Virus record (IMG/VR): IMGVR_UViG_3300032237_000566
Coordinates: 1-29,523 of that record
DNA from: a virus
Lineage: Duplodnaviria; Caudoviricetes
Direction: 5' to 3' (one strand)
DNA: 29,523 nucleotides
The position numbers were made by a program, and so were the translations under genes. This document shows, one piece after another, positions 8,284-16,892 of the stretch. The notes under the pieces were generated by a model that was not told where the DNA came from, searched no databases, and saw nothing but the letters and a program-made list of their open reading frames with translations. Every line of letters begins with the position of its first letter. The stretch's first letter is position 1.

Positions 8284-9131
8284 TTGCTTCTTCTTTCTGC
8301 TCGTTGATTGCTGTGATCTATTTTCCATTGTACCTGCTGTCGGTTCACATCATTACGTACCAACATCTCCCAAGGGTCTTGTTTGCCTGCTAGGATGTTT
8401 TCAAAATATTGTGTATCCATGCCAATGCTTTTCATGTAGTTGGCCAGTTTGATACAGTCATTTATTCGCAAGTTGGCCATGTCCACATGATTAAAGTCGC
8501 CGATCTCAAATGGATTTGTTTCTTTCATGGGACGATTGGCAAATGTTGAATCTTTGTTGTTACCAGTCAGGTCATAGCGATCGTGCTTGACCACAACATC
8601 AATGCGTTTGAATATGTTCAGCATGTAGGCCTGTTGACTGGTCCAGGCATCACCAATTTGATGTGGACACAGATACCCCAGTACCTCAAACCATTTGTAC
8701 GGAACAATAGGAAAGATACTGTATGGATGCTGATTGTGGGTATGGAAGGCCAATAGATTGAACCGGCCATCATGGGCCATGATCTCTGTGTCCCAGCCCA
8801 CGGTACGCATCACAGCATCGTCGTTCCAAATGATGTACCATTTGGCTCGAGTAGTCTTGGCCATGGCGTTGACATATTCGTTGAGTCGAATATAACCCAT
8901 GGGTTCAAACCGCATGGCCGAGTATGTGACAGAATTTTTATCCATCCAAGGACGCACAGTGCTGTTGAAGTGGTCAAAGCCCACTGCATCATCGTTGTCG
9001 TAGCCAAACACAATTTCAACCCTATTGGGTTGTTCGGCCAGTTCAAATAAACTTTTAACGCTTCGTTCCACCATGGTGGTGCGAGCTCTAGTGGGCAGTA
9101 GTACTGCAATATCAGAATCAAAATCAGTCAT
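8280..9131 (-). CDS. GT-A fold (GT2-like) glycosyltransferase, paralog 2
   Basis: IAVLLPTRAR, FGYDNDD, WNDDAVM (DxD-like), PYSIFPIV. Clearly homologous to 11165-12007. Confidence 0.75.
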   Translation of the reverse strand: MTDFDSDIAVLLPTRARTTMVERSVKSLFELAEQPNRVEIVFGYDNDDAVGFDHFNSTVRPWMDKNSVTYSAMRFEPMGYIRLNEYVNAMAKTTRAKWYIIWNDDAVMRTVGWDTEIMAHDGRFNLLAFHTHNQHPYSIFPIVPYKWFEVLGYLCPHQIGDAWTSQQAYMLNIFKRIDVVVKHDRYDLTGNNKDSTFANRPMKETNPFEIGDFNHVDMANLRINDCIKLANYMKSIGMDTQYFENILAGKQDPWEMLVRNDVNRQQVQWKIDHSNQRAERRSK

Positions 9132-9139
9132 AGTTGTAT

Positions 9140-9168
9140 ATTATAACACAAGGATTGGCTGTTGTCTA
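9140..9168 (-). promoter_or_regulatory. sigma70-type promoter (TAGACA-N17-TATAAT, extended -10)
   Basis: TAGACA at 9168-9163 and TGtTATAAT with -10 at 9145-9140. Only 8 nt to ATG 9131 and no SD. Confidence 0.7.
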
Positions 9169-9178
9169 CGGATTGTTT

Positions 9179-11161
9179 TTATATTATGGCCATTGCTTGC
9201 ACAGCGGCTTCGCCTCTTCGGGCACTGTTGTTGTTGCTGCCATCTATGGTATCCACGGTGGCCTTGCCAAAGTTTCTACGTCTTGCAAAGTAGAACAGTT
9301 CCAGGAATCGTGGAAAACTCATGGTCTTGTCTTCGGGAAAATCCAAGTTGTATATCACTGTGGCTTGTTGCAACGGTTGATCAAATGTTAGATATTCCCA
9401 AATGTTGTAGTCTAGTTGTAGTTTTTGTGGATACTGATCAACATCATCGTAGGCAATGAGATATTTCTTTTGAAACTTCATGGCATTGTCCAACAAGTCT
9501 TGGGGCAGATTGTATCGGCTCATGAACTTTTCAAGTTTGGCAAAAATGTTTTCGTATTGGTGTTCCACGTGCATGTTCAATATACTGCGATGTATCAAGT
9601 TCCAACCATGTATCTCAATGCCGCCGATGTTGGGGTGACGGATCTGTCCCTGGGTCATCCAGTTGCTGAAGTATTGACGCACTTCTGTTTGTTCTTTCAC
9701 AAACCATTCGTCTTGCTGTAGGAACTCAAACAGGTCTTCATAGAACACTGAATAGTCTATGTCAAGATACTTGTAGACCAAACGGCTCAACAGCGTACTC
9801 ACACCATTGATATGGAAGGTGTTGATGTACCATGAAAAAATCTCGGCATCCAGCATGATTTCAAAAGGCAAGTCCTTGGTGCTTGTGATGATGTCAATGC
9901 CTTCTTCTATGTGCTCATTGGAGTAAGAGCCTGAAAAGTAGTCAGTCACACGTTGCGAACCAATCTTGAACAGTTTCTTTTGTAGCAGGTTCATCTCGGC
10001 ATTTTCCAACAACTGTGCCTGGAACACAGTCAAACCTGTGTGGTTGCCCATGCGGAACAGTTTCCAGAAGTTGTCTTTCCATGTCTGCAGACTTTCGCCA
10101 GGCAAGCCGAGAATAAGTTCTGTGTAGGTTGGAATGTTGCGTTGTTCGCACAACTCAAACACTTCTTCCAACTTGTTCATTTCCATGTTTTTTCTGCGGA
10201 TATTTTCCAACACATCCACGTCAAGGCTTTGCACAGATAAGGTGAGTCCTTGATTGAAACCTGGTGCATCAAGCAGTTTCTTCACAATGTCCACAACCTC
10301 TTTCTTTTGATTTTTGGCCCAGGCCACGCTAAAGGTCTTGGGATATCCATACTTGCTTTGTACTTCAATGATTTTGTCAGCAATGAGATTATCACGTTCG
10401 GGGAACATGCCAAAGTTTGCATCAGTGATACTGATAAACCCGCATCGGTGTTTGGCCATCCATTCCAGTTCATCATACACTCTCTGCACATCAAAGTGCT
10501 TGACCTTGTTGTAGGTCAGACTGCCCCAGTCACAGAATGTACAGGCAAAAGGACAACCACGATTGGTTTCCAAGGTGCCGTTCCATTCTACTCCGGGATT
10601 CTCGGCCACAATCTTGTCGAACACACCACTCAGGTACGGACTAGGAATTTCGCCCAGTGCTTCAATACGTTTGGCATCGCCGGTGTTCAATGCTGTACCA
10701 TTCTTGTTGACCAGGAGTCCAGGAATCTCATCAAAATTACGACTGTCAAATGCCCGTATCACATTGCGAAAAGTGATTTCACCTTCAAAGCAAATCACAA
10801 GATCCATGTAGGGTTCTTTGACAAAGATATCTGGATCAGTGATAGCAGGTTCTGGCCCACCAAATATGATCAAACAATTGGGATTCAATTCCTTGACCAT
10901 ACGTGCTAGAGTATAGTTGTACTGGTGATTCCACACATAGGTACTGAACGTGACAACGTCGTTGGCAGCCAGTTTTTTGGCCAAAGGCTCTACAGCATCT
11001 CTACGCCAGACCATGTCTGTGCATTCAAAGTTTTCCCGGACCCAAGGATCAGTCAAGGCATAACTCCATATTACACCAGCCGAGTATGGCAAGTAGTGAG
11101 CATTGAACTCCTTGGGACCTTGTTGGAAATTGGGTTGGACCCAGGCAATTTTGTATTTCAT
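9179..11161 (-). CDS. Cobalamin (B12)-binding radical SAM enzyme
   Basis: N-terminal B12-binding domain (FSTYVWN, IIFGGP, EGEITF) and ETNRGCPFACTFCDWG (CxxxCxxC), DANFG, ELILGLPGES. Confidence 0.9.
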   Translation of the reverse strand: MKYKIAWVQPNFQQGPKEFNAHYLPYSAGVIWSYALTDPWVRENFECTDMVWRRDAVEPLAKKLAANDVVTFSTYVWNHQYNYTLARMVKELNPNCLIIFGGPEPAITDPDIFVKEPYMDLVICFEGEITFRNVIRAFDSRNFDEIPGLLVNKNGTALNTGDAKRIEALGEIPSPYLSGVFDKIVAENPGVEWNGTLETNRGCPFACTFCDWGSLTYNKVKHFDVQRVYDELEWMAKHRCGFISITDANFGMFPERDNLIADKIIEVQSKYGYPKTFSVAWAKNQKKEVVDIVKKLLDAPGFNQGLTLSVQSLDVDVLENIRRKNMEMNKLEEVFELCEQRNIPTYTELILGLPGESLQTWKDNFWKLFRMGNHTGLTVFQAQLLENAEMNLLQKKLFKIGSQRVTDYFSGSYSNEHIEEGIDIITSTKDLPFEIMLDAEIFSWYINTFHINGVSTLLSRLVYKYLDIDYSVFYEDLFEFLQQDEWFVKEQTEVRQYFSNWMTQGQIRHPNIGGIEIHGWNLIHRSILNMHVEHQYENIFAKLEKFMSRYNLPQDLLDNAMKFQKKYLIAYDDVDQYPQKLQLDYNIWEYLTFDQPLQQATVIYNLDFPEDKTMSFPRFLELFYFARRRNFGKATVDTIDGSNNNSARRGEAAVQAMAII

Positions 11162-11164
11162 CGC

Positions 11165-12007
11165 TTATTTAACCTTGCTGAGATCTTTGTCTGGACTTTG
11201 AAACGCAAACATCTGATGATTGGGGTCATTTTGTCGTAGTTTTTCCCAGGGATCTTGTGTGCCTTTGAATATGTTTTCAAAAAATTCAGTACTGAGTCCT
11301 TGATCATTCATGTAAGTGGCCAGTTTGGCACAGTCACCTTGCCGCAGTTTAATCTGTTGCGGGTGATGAAAGTCCATGGGGTGATTGAGATTGCCTTCCA
11401 ACATAGGACGATTGTTGAATACCGCGTCATTGTTGTTGCCAGTTAGATCGAATCGATCATGCAATACATCTACGTCAATGCGTTGATAGATATCCAACAT
11501 GTACCCTTGTTGACTGACCCAGCCATCTTGGGTAGGATGTGGACTGATGTACCCCAACAAGTCAAACCAGGTTCGTGGCACAATGGGAAAGATTGAGTAC
11601 GGATGCATATTATGGGTCTTGAAACTCAATAGTTTGAATTGACCTTCGTAACTCATGATAGTGGTGTCCCAGCCCTGGCTCTGCATCACTGCATCATCGT
11701 TCCAGATCATAAGCCAACGAGCACTGGAGTTGGCGGCCAGTGCATTGTTGTACTTGTGAAGATTGATATAGCCCATGCGATCGAATCGCATGGCAGTGTA
11801 TCCAACATCTTGAGTGTCCAACCAAGGTTGTAGATGTTGAGTAAAGTACTCAAATCCTACATCGTCATCCCGGTCAAATGCAAACATCAGTTGCACACGA
11901 CCAGGATCGTCTGCAAGATCCACTAGACTTCGGATACTACGATCCAACATCATGGTGCGACCACGTGTGGCCAACAGCATGGCAATATCAAACTCATGTT
12001 CTATCAT
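11165..12007 (-). CDS. GT-A fold (GT2-like) glycosyltransferase, paralog 1
   Basis: IAMLLATRGR, FAFDRDD, WNDDAVM, PYSIFPIV. AGGA upstream. Confidence 0.75.
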   Translation of the reverse strand: MIEHEFDIAMLLATRGRTMMLDRSIRSLVDLADDPGRVQLMFAFDRDDDVGFEYFTQHLQPWLDTQDVGYTAMRFDRMGYINLHKYNNALAANSSARWLMIWNDDAVMQSQGWDTTIMSYEGQFKLLSFKTHNMHPYSIFPIVPRTWFDLLGYISPHPTQDGWVSQQGYMLDIYQRIDVDVLHDRFDLTGNNNDAVFNNRPMLEGNLNHPMDFHHPQQIKLRQGDCAKLATYMNDQGLSTEFFENIFKGTQDPWEKLRQNDPNHQMFAFQSPDKDLSKVK

Positions 12008-12040
12008 GCAAACAAATCCTCATTCTGTTGGGCTTAAATT

Positions 12041-12490
12041 TTAGCCTTCATAGATGGCCGAGTTAGCACCGTGTTCTGCACATTCTACCCTTACACAATA
12101 GCACCGATTGTCGGTCTTTTCTCTGATCAATTGATCAGCAAAGTTGAAAGCATGTTCTGCAAACTTCTCTGCACCCACACCATCAAAGACACGGATCTCT
12201 GCCAGACCCAAGGCTTCTAGTTCTTGAAATTTAGCCAAATGTGGATCTGCCTTGTCCAATGCCAACTTGTGATCAAAGTGATCTTCTAACCAGGCCTTGA
12301 GCAGTTTGAGTCCGCCAAAATCCACTGCCCAGTTTTTATCATCCAATGAATCACATCCAAATGTGAATGTAAACGCTAGACTGTAGCCATGTAGCAAGTG
12401 ACAGTGACTGTGATCAGCGTTGGGTTGACGGAATACTGCACTGAGGCCAATGTTGTGTCCATAGTGTTTTGTCGAGTAATATTTTGCCAT
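12041..12490 (-). CDS. queD: 6-carboxytetrahydropterin synthase / PTPS family
   Basis: SHCHLLHGYS, VDFGGLK..K.WL...FDHK, GAEKFAE, VECAEHGANSAIY. Strong AGGAG RBS. Confidence 0.85.
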   Translation of the reverse strand: MAKYYSTKHYGHNIGLSAVFRQPNADHSHCHLLHGYSLAFTFTFGCDSLDDKNWAVDFGGLKLLKAWLEDHFDHKLALDKADPHLAKFQELEALGLAEIRVFDGVGAEKFAEHAFNFADQLIREKTDNRCYCVRVECAEHGANSAIYEG

Positions 12491-12509
12491 TGTAATTCTC
12501 CTATGTTAA

Positions 12510-12538
12510 ATTATAGCATAGGCGGCGGAGTTTGTAAA
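12510..12538 (-). promoter_or_regulatory. sigma70-type promoter for queD (TTTACA-N17-TATAAT, extended -10), embedded in an RBS-sequestering hairpin
   Basis: TTTACA at 12538-12533 and TGcTATAAT with -10 at 12515-12510. CCTATG (12522-12517) pairs with CATAGG (12505-12500), which overlaps AGGAG. Confidence 0.75.
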
Positions 12539-12588
12539 GCGGGACGATGCCGATAGGCCGCTGAAAGGAATATTTATGTAGTTGCAAA

Positions 12589-13272
12589 CTAGCCAACTCT
12601 TTTGTAGTGCCTGTTGACATATTCTACAAATTCTTGTTGGGCTCGTTGATGCGCATCAAACCACAGGCCATGCACTTGATTGGCTAGATCATAGCAATCA
12701 CTCAACTCAAACCATTCTATCATGCTGTTGTAAAATTCTCGGTCAAGTGTGGACTGATACAAGCAGTCTACATTTATAGTTTTCTTTTTGACATGAAGAG
12801 AAGCGTCTCCTTGGGCTTTGGCATTAAACTGTTGCACTTGTTGTTTGAATTGTTCGGGGGTGTGATGGTTTAAATTGCTGTTGAGTTTGAAATATCCACA
12901 CAAGGCCATGTCAGGATCAACGGCCAATACTAGATTTTTATCTATACCATCGATTTGACCCCAAGCATGATCAAATGCCAGCACACTGTCAAGATCTTCC
13001 CGGTAGAGCCATTCCATCCATAACCAATTGGTCCAGGATCGTGTAGCAGGATAAATTTGTGTGCGAAAACTTTCTAGTTTGCTGTGATTGTCAAGAAAAT
13101 TTATGCGTCTAGACGGATCCGGTATTTTTTTAAATCTAGGTTCAGCCAAGGGAGTGAGTTCAAATTGAAAACAAGGATCCAACAACGCCAGCCATCTCAC
13201 ATGATTTCCAAATCCACCAGCGGGTGCGGCCACTGCACAATGTAAACACGATGAATGTTTGACTTCAATCAT
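12589..13272 (-). CDS. Hypothetical protein (possible P-loop/sulfotransferase-like fold)
   Basis: 227-aa ORF. N-terminal APAGGFGNHVRWL glycine loop; no firm family assignment. Confidence 0.6.
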   Translation of the reverse strand: MIEVKHSSCLHCAVAAPAGGFGNHVRWLALLDPCFQFELTPLAEPRFKKIPDPSRRINFLDNHSKLESFRTQIYPATRSWTNWLWMEWLYREDLDSVLAFDHAWGQIDGIDKNLVLAVDPDMALCGYFKLNSNLNHHTPEQFKQQVQQFNAKAQGDASLHVKKKTINVDCLYQSTLDREFYNSMIEWFELSDCYDLANQVHGLWFDAHQRAQQEFVEYVNRHYKRVG

Positions 13273-13280
13273 TTTGATAG

Positions 13281-14147
13281 TTACTCAAGCAACTGACTCA
13301 GTAATTGATCTTTAGTGCCCAACAATGCACAATCTCTTGTGCCCCATTTGCTCTTGGTCAAGATCTCACGCACTTGATTTTGCAAAGAGGTAACAAGATC
13401 TGGTGCTTGGAAAAATTTTGGCCTCGGACTGGTTTGATAGATGGCTGATTTGTTTTCCTGCATGGTCTTATCTGGATTCCAACTGTTTACAAAACTGGCC
13501 ATGATTTCTGGACTCCAGTAGTAGAATGCCCAAGGATGTTGATTGGGTTGCACAGTTTCTAAATAGAGATCACTTTCCTCCATCACAAACCCGTGGTAGC
13601 CACCCAATTGATTTTGCAAATAGGTCATTTGTTCAAGATCAGGATAGTATTCCAATTGTGATCCAGTGATAAGTTGGCCCCCAAGTTCTTTCATGATGTC
13701 ACGCATACAACTTGCAAAAGCACCGCCATGAAACAGTCTTGGCCTGATTGCCATGTAGGCCTGTTTTTCATTTTCTGAGGATATGTGGTCACCAAAATCA
13801 ATCACCCTAGGTTGAATTTGATGAGTCTTGCACCAGTGGTATGCATACCATTGCTCGTATCGTTGATCATTGCTTTTGACCTTATTATAATTGACGATCA
13901 ACGGAGTAAATGGTATTTTGTTGCGTAACAAACAAGTGGCCACATGTTCACTGTCACTGCCGCCGCTGAAGGCAAGATATAAATTTTTATGACTGTCATA
14001 GATTTCATGCGCAGTTTGATCACAGGCCTGATCAAATGACAGTAATGTTTTTGCACGTCGATTGAATACCACCTGCAGATTTTCTTTGTCAACTCTGTTT
14101 GACTTACCGTCCCAACTGAGATCAATCCACGAATTTTTACACAGCAT
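13281..14147 (-). CDS. PP-loop (adenine nucleotide alpha-hydrolase-like) protein
   Basis: LYLAFSGGSDSE PP-loop. Lacks the C-terminal Cys/Zn cluster of QueC. Confidence 0.65.
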   Translation of the reverse strand: MLCKNSWIDLSWDGKSNRVDKENLQVVFNRRAKTLLSFDQACDQTAHEIYDSHKNLYLAFSGGSDSEHVATCLLRNKIPFTPLIVNYNKVKSNDQRYEQWYAYHWCKTHQIQPRVIDFGDHISSENEKQAYMAIRPRLFHGGAFASCMRDIMKELGGQLITGSQLEYYPDLEQMTYLQNQLGGYHGFVMEESDLYLETVQPNQHPWAFYYWSPEIMASFVNSWNPDKTMQENKSAIYQTSPRPKFFQAPDLVTSLQNQVREILTKSKWGTRDCALLGTKDQLLSQLLE

Positions 14148-14961
14148 CTTGCATCCAAACTCGATGATGCTGTTTCAACTCGTCTAGGTTGTCCACAGCC
14201 GGTGATTCAATAAATTCGGCCAGCGCACGATCCTGAGACCAGGCAGTTTCCCACACATGATTGTTGAGATCCCATGCACTGTTGGGGTATCTTGTGTCTT
14301 GATACTTGTAGACCTGTACTTGACTTGCTGTCTCGGTAGTATTGTGTGCCACAGTAACAAACAACGCACCTGGTTGCCATTCAATCATGGTACCTGGATA
14401 CACAGCCATCCAACAGGCACCAATGTTGTACTTTTCATCATCTGGTATCATGCTGATTTTTTCCTGTGCTGGAACAAGTTGTATGCTGCCATTTTCAAAT
14501 GTGAACCAGGTAATTTCATCTACAGTGTTGATGCCAATTTGGTCGTATACCCCGGCATGTGCCACAGGAATATGTTCTATATCCAAAAATACATCCATGA
14601 TCACGCCTGGCGTGGCATTGACTGTGTCTTGCCTATGCTCCGCCAATGTCATGTGTTGTGTGTCAATGGGAAATGCACAACCAACATGTTGATCAAACAA
14701 AATAGTTTGATTTTGGTACACAGGCCATGTTTCCAAAATATGACTGTTGTTTAGTCCTGAACCGTCACGATCAAACGTCATGCCATGATAAGGGCATTGT
14801 AGATGTGCGGTGGCACACTTGGCTATGCGGCTGTTTTGATGCGGGCAGATGTTGCTCAGCAGAGTAAAGGTTCCTGTGTTCACAATTGATACTCTGTAAT
14901 TGTATTGTGCCAAGGGAACCACATGATCAAGAGCAATATCTTGTGTCAGGGCTAAAAACAT
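14137..14961 (-). CDS. Rieske [2Fe-2S] non-heme iron oxygenase alpha-subunit-like protein
   Basis: NICPHQ...QCPYHGMTF (CxH...CxxH Rieske motif), DIEHIPVAH (DxxH-x4-H mononuclear Fe site), and distal QD. Confidence 0.85.
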   Translation of the reverse strand: MFLALTQDIALDHVVPLAQYNYRVSIVNTGTFTLLSNICPHQNSRIAKCATAHLQCPYHGMTFDRDGSGLNNSHILETWPVYQNQTILFDQHVGCAFPIDTQHMTLAEHRQDTVNATPGVIMDVFLDIEHIPVAHAGVYDQIGINTVDEITWFTFENGSIQLVPAQEKISMIPDDEKYNIGACWMAVYPGTMIEWQPGALFVTVAHNTTETASQVQVYKYQDTRYPNSAWDLNNHVWETAWSQDRALAEFIESPAVDNLDELKQHHRVWMQDAV

Positions 14962-15365
14962 CAGTCGGGTTGTTGGTAAGTGTCAGTTTTGTAATTGGCT
15001 TGTCCGGGTATCACACCACGCACACCGCCCACAGGATCAGGAGTATCTCCGTGTGTTCTCGGTATTAAATGCACATGTGGATACATCACAGTTTGTCCTG
15101 CGGCTGTGCCCATATTTAGTCCAACATTAAACGCATCGCACTGATTGTTTTGCACCATTTGACGACCGGTCAGCAGGGCCATGCCCATGGCCACCACAAT
15201 GGATTCATCTGTGTTGGCACGCGGAACAAACAACAGGTGACCTTGTGCCACAGGATATGCATCGCGGAACACGGCTATGTGAGGATTGCTGAGTTCGGGC
15301 ACTGTGTTGGTCCAAGGTGCTACTTTGCCATCCTGTGCGGCTTTTAATGTTGCATAAGATATCAT
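14961..15365 (-). CDS. HIT family nucleotide hydrolase
   Basis: DAYPVAQGHLLFVP, FNVGLNMG.AAGQTVMYPHVHLIPR, PVGGVRGVIP. Confidence 0.9.
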   Translation of the reverse strand: MISYATLKAAQDGKVAPWTNTVPELSNPHIAVFRDAYPVAQGHLLFVPRANTDESIVVAMGMALLTGRQMVQNNQCDAFNVGLNMGTAAGQTVMYPHVHLIPRTHGDTPDPVGGVRGVIPGQANYKTDTYQQPD

Positions 15366-15553
15366 TTTTTAGTTTTTTCCCAATGTAAATCTTGTTTCAA
15401 ACTTTCGCTGAGATTTTTGTAGTAGGCCAACTCTTTGAAAAGTTCTTGTTCTATTTCGTCTCGCGTTTTGTAGTACTGATAAATCAGTCGTTCTTGACGA
15501 TAGGTCAGGCCCAGTACAAATCCCACAACCACACATGCAAACATTATTAACAT
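15362..15553 (-). CDS. Small putative membrane-anchored protein
   Basis: Hydrophobic N-terminus followed by a coiled-coil-like segment; fills the gap between folE and HIT with an ATGA overlap. Confidence 0.6.
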   Translation of the reverse strand: MLIMFACVVVGFVLGLTYRQERLIYQYYKTRDEIEQELFKELAYYKNLSESLKQDLHWEKTKK

Positions 15554-15556
15554 AAG

Positions 15557-16294
15557 TTACCTCGGTGCAAAATCTTGTTGCAGTTTGATGTTGTCAAAAA
15601 ATTCCTTCTTCACGCTTTGATCAGATTTGAAGGCTCCACGCAGTACGGTTGTTTGGGTAAGACTACTATGAGCCATAATACCACGATTCTCACAACATCC
15701 ATGGGTAGCCTGGATATAAACAGCAACGTCTTTGCTTCCGGTTGCAAATTCGATTTCACGAGCAATATCCATACACAGTTCTTCTTGGAGAGTGCCACGT
15801 CGGGCACACCATTGGGCGATGCGAGTGTACTTCGAAAGACCAATGAGCGTGGGACCAGCAATGATTCCAATATAAGCCACACCCGTAACAGGTTGGTGAT
15901 GATGGCTACACATACTCTTAAGTTCACTTCGCACAACCAACATTCCGTCATAAGCGGCGTCTGTGTCGTTGGGAAACGCCGTAGCATTAGGGCTCGCCTC
16001 GTATCGGCCAGCCATAATTTCATTGAAGTACATCTTGGCCAAGCGTCGTGCTGTGCCTTTGGAGTTGGGATCATTTTCTCTATCAATTAGTAGTGTATCA
16101 AGCACCCGTTCAAATGCTTCTGTGGCTTCATTGATCAGTTGTTCTTTTTGTTCTTCGTTAACATAGTCACTGACATTGTCACCTGCCCAGAAACGTTTGT
16201 TGTCTCGTTTCATCTGGAAGCGGATAGCATCTGCCAAGTATGCAGACTCGTAGCCTTTGTTGTCGATGTTGTCTAGTGATACTGGTTCTGTCAT
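15557..16294 (-). CDS. folE: GTP cyclohydrolase I
   Basis: TARRLAKMY, SMCSHHHQP, IGLSKYTRI, LQEEL, ATHGCCENRG. Confidence 0.95.
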   Translation of the reverse strand: MTEPVSLDNIDNKGYESAYLADAIRFQMKRDNKRFWAGDNVSDYVNEEQKEQLINEATEAFERVLDTLLIDRENDPNSKGTARRLAKMYFNEIMAGRYEASPNATAFPNDTDAAYDGMLVVRSELKSMCSHHHQPVTGVAYIGIIAGPTLIGLSKYTRIAQWCARRGTLQEELCMDIAREIEFATGSKDVAVYIQATHGCCENRGIMAHSSLTQTTVLRGAFKSDQSVKKEFFDNIKLQQDFAPR

Positions 16295-16295
16295 T

Positions 16296-16892
16296 TTAAT
16301 CCTTGATAGTGATAGTTCTTAAATCTGGATAGGCAACATAGTATGGTTCAGGACACTGTTCTTTGAGTCCTTGTAACAGTGCTAGTCCTTGTATGGCCTC
16401 TTCTGGTGTGGGTTTATAATGATAGCCAACTTGGAATTCTTTTTGCTCCTGCCAGGGTGTGATATTTAGATCGCGACCATCATACCTCATGAGAATTATT
16501 GCATCATATGCTGTCTTGTCATCAAGTATTATAGCACCACCACGGCCTATATGTAAAGGCTTTGTATGCCCAAAACTCAAACATTGCATGGTTCCAGGTC
16601 GATACATGTTCTTTTGCAGTCGTCTAGCACTATCCCAAATGCGTGTATCCACAAACGGATACTCACCTACCCAACGTTGCCATGCATGATCCAAATACTC
16701 ATACTTGATGTTCAACTTGTGCATGAGCATGGGCATACTCAAATAGGTATAAGGAGTCATCTTCAATGACCGGACCTGATCGTATCGCAAACACAACTCA
16801 ATGGCGTGTGTACAGCAATCGGTCATAATGGCATATGGTGCTCCACAAAACTCGGCCAGTTCCTGTTCGAACTTTAGGATCTTATCGAACAT
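16296..16892 (-). CDS. Short DegT/DnrJ/StrS-family PLP aminotransferase-like protein
   Basis: FEQELAEFCGAPYAI..DCCTHAIELCL, WDSA, CLSFGHTKPL..GRGGAI (PLP lysine), GYHY. About 198 aa. Confidence 0.75.
   Translation of the reverse strand: MFDKILKFEQELAEFCGAPYAIMTDCCTHAIELCLRYDQVRSLKMTPYTYLSMPMLMHKLNIKYEYLDHAWQRWVGEYPFVDTRIWDSARRLQKNMYRPGTMQCLSFGHTKPLHIGRGGAIILDDKTAYDAIILMRYDGRDLNITPWQEQKEFQVGYHYKPTPEEAIQGLALLQGLKEQCPEPYYVAYPDLRTITIKD

Noticed and set aside
10250-10909. Long antisense ORFs (e.g. 10250-10909, 14257-14754, 15575-16090, 27963-28574)
   Set aside because: They lie wholly opposite well-supported minus-strand genes and have no motifs; treated as shadow ORFs.
12491-12580. preQ1 riboswitch upstream of queD
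   Set aside because: No match to the preQ1-I stem-loop plus A-rich tail, nor to what I recall of classes II and III. The region is largely explained by a promoter and an anti-SD hairpin.
13281-14147. Calling the SGGSDS protein QueC
   Set aside because: It has the PP-loop, but about 55 residues in rather than at the N-terminus, and it lacks the YGQ(R/K)H, vP.RN and C-terminal Cys4 Zn motifs of QueC.
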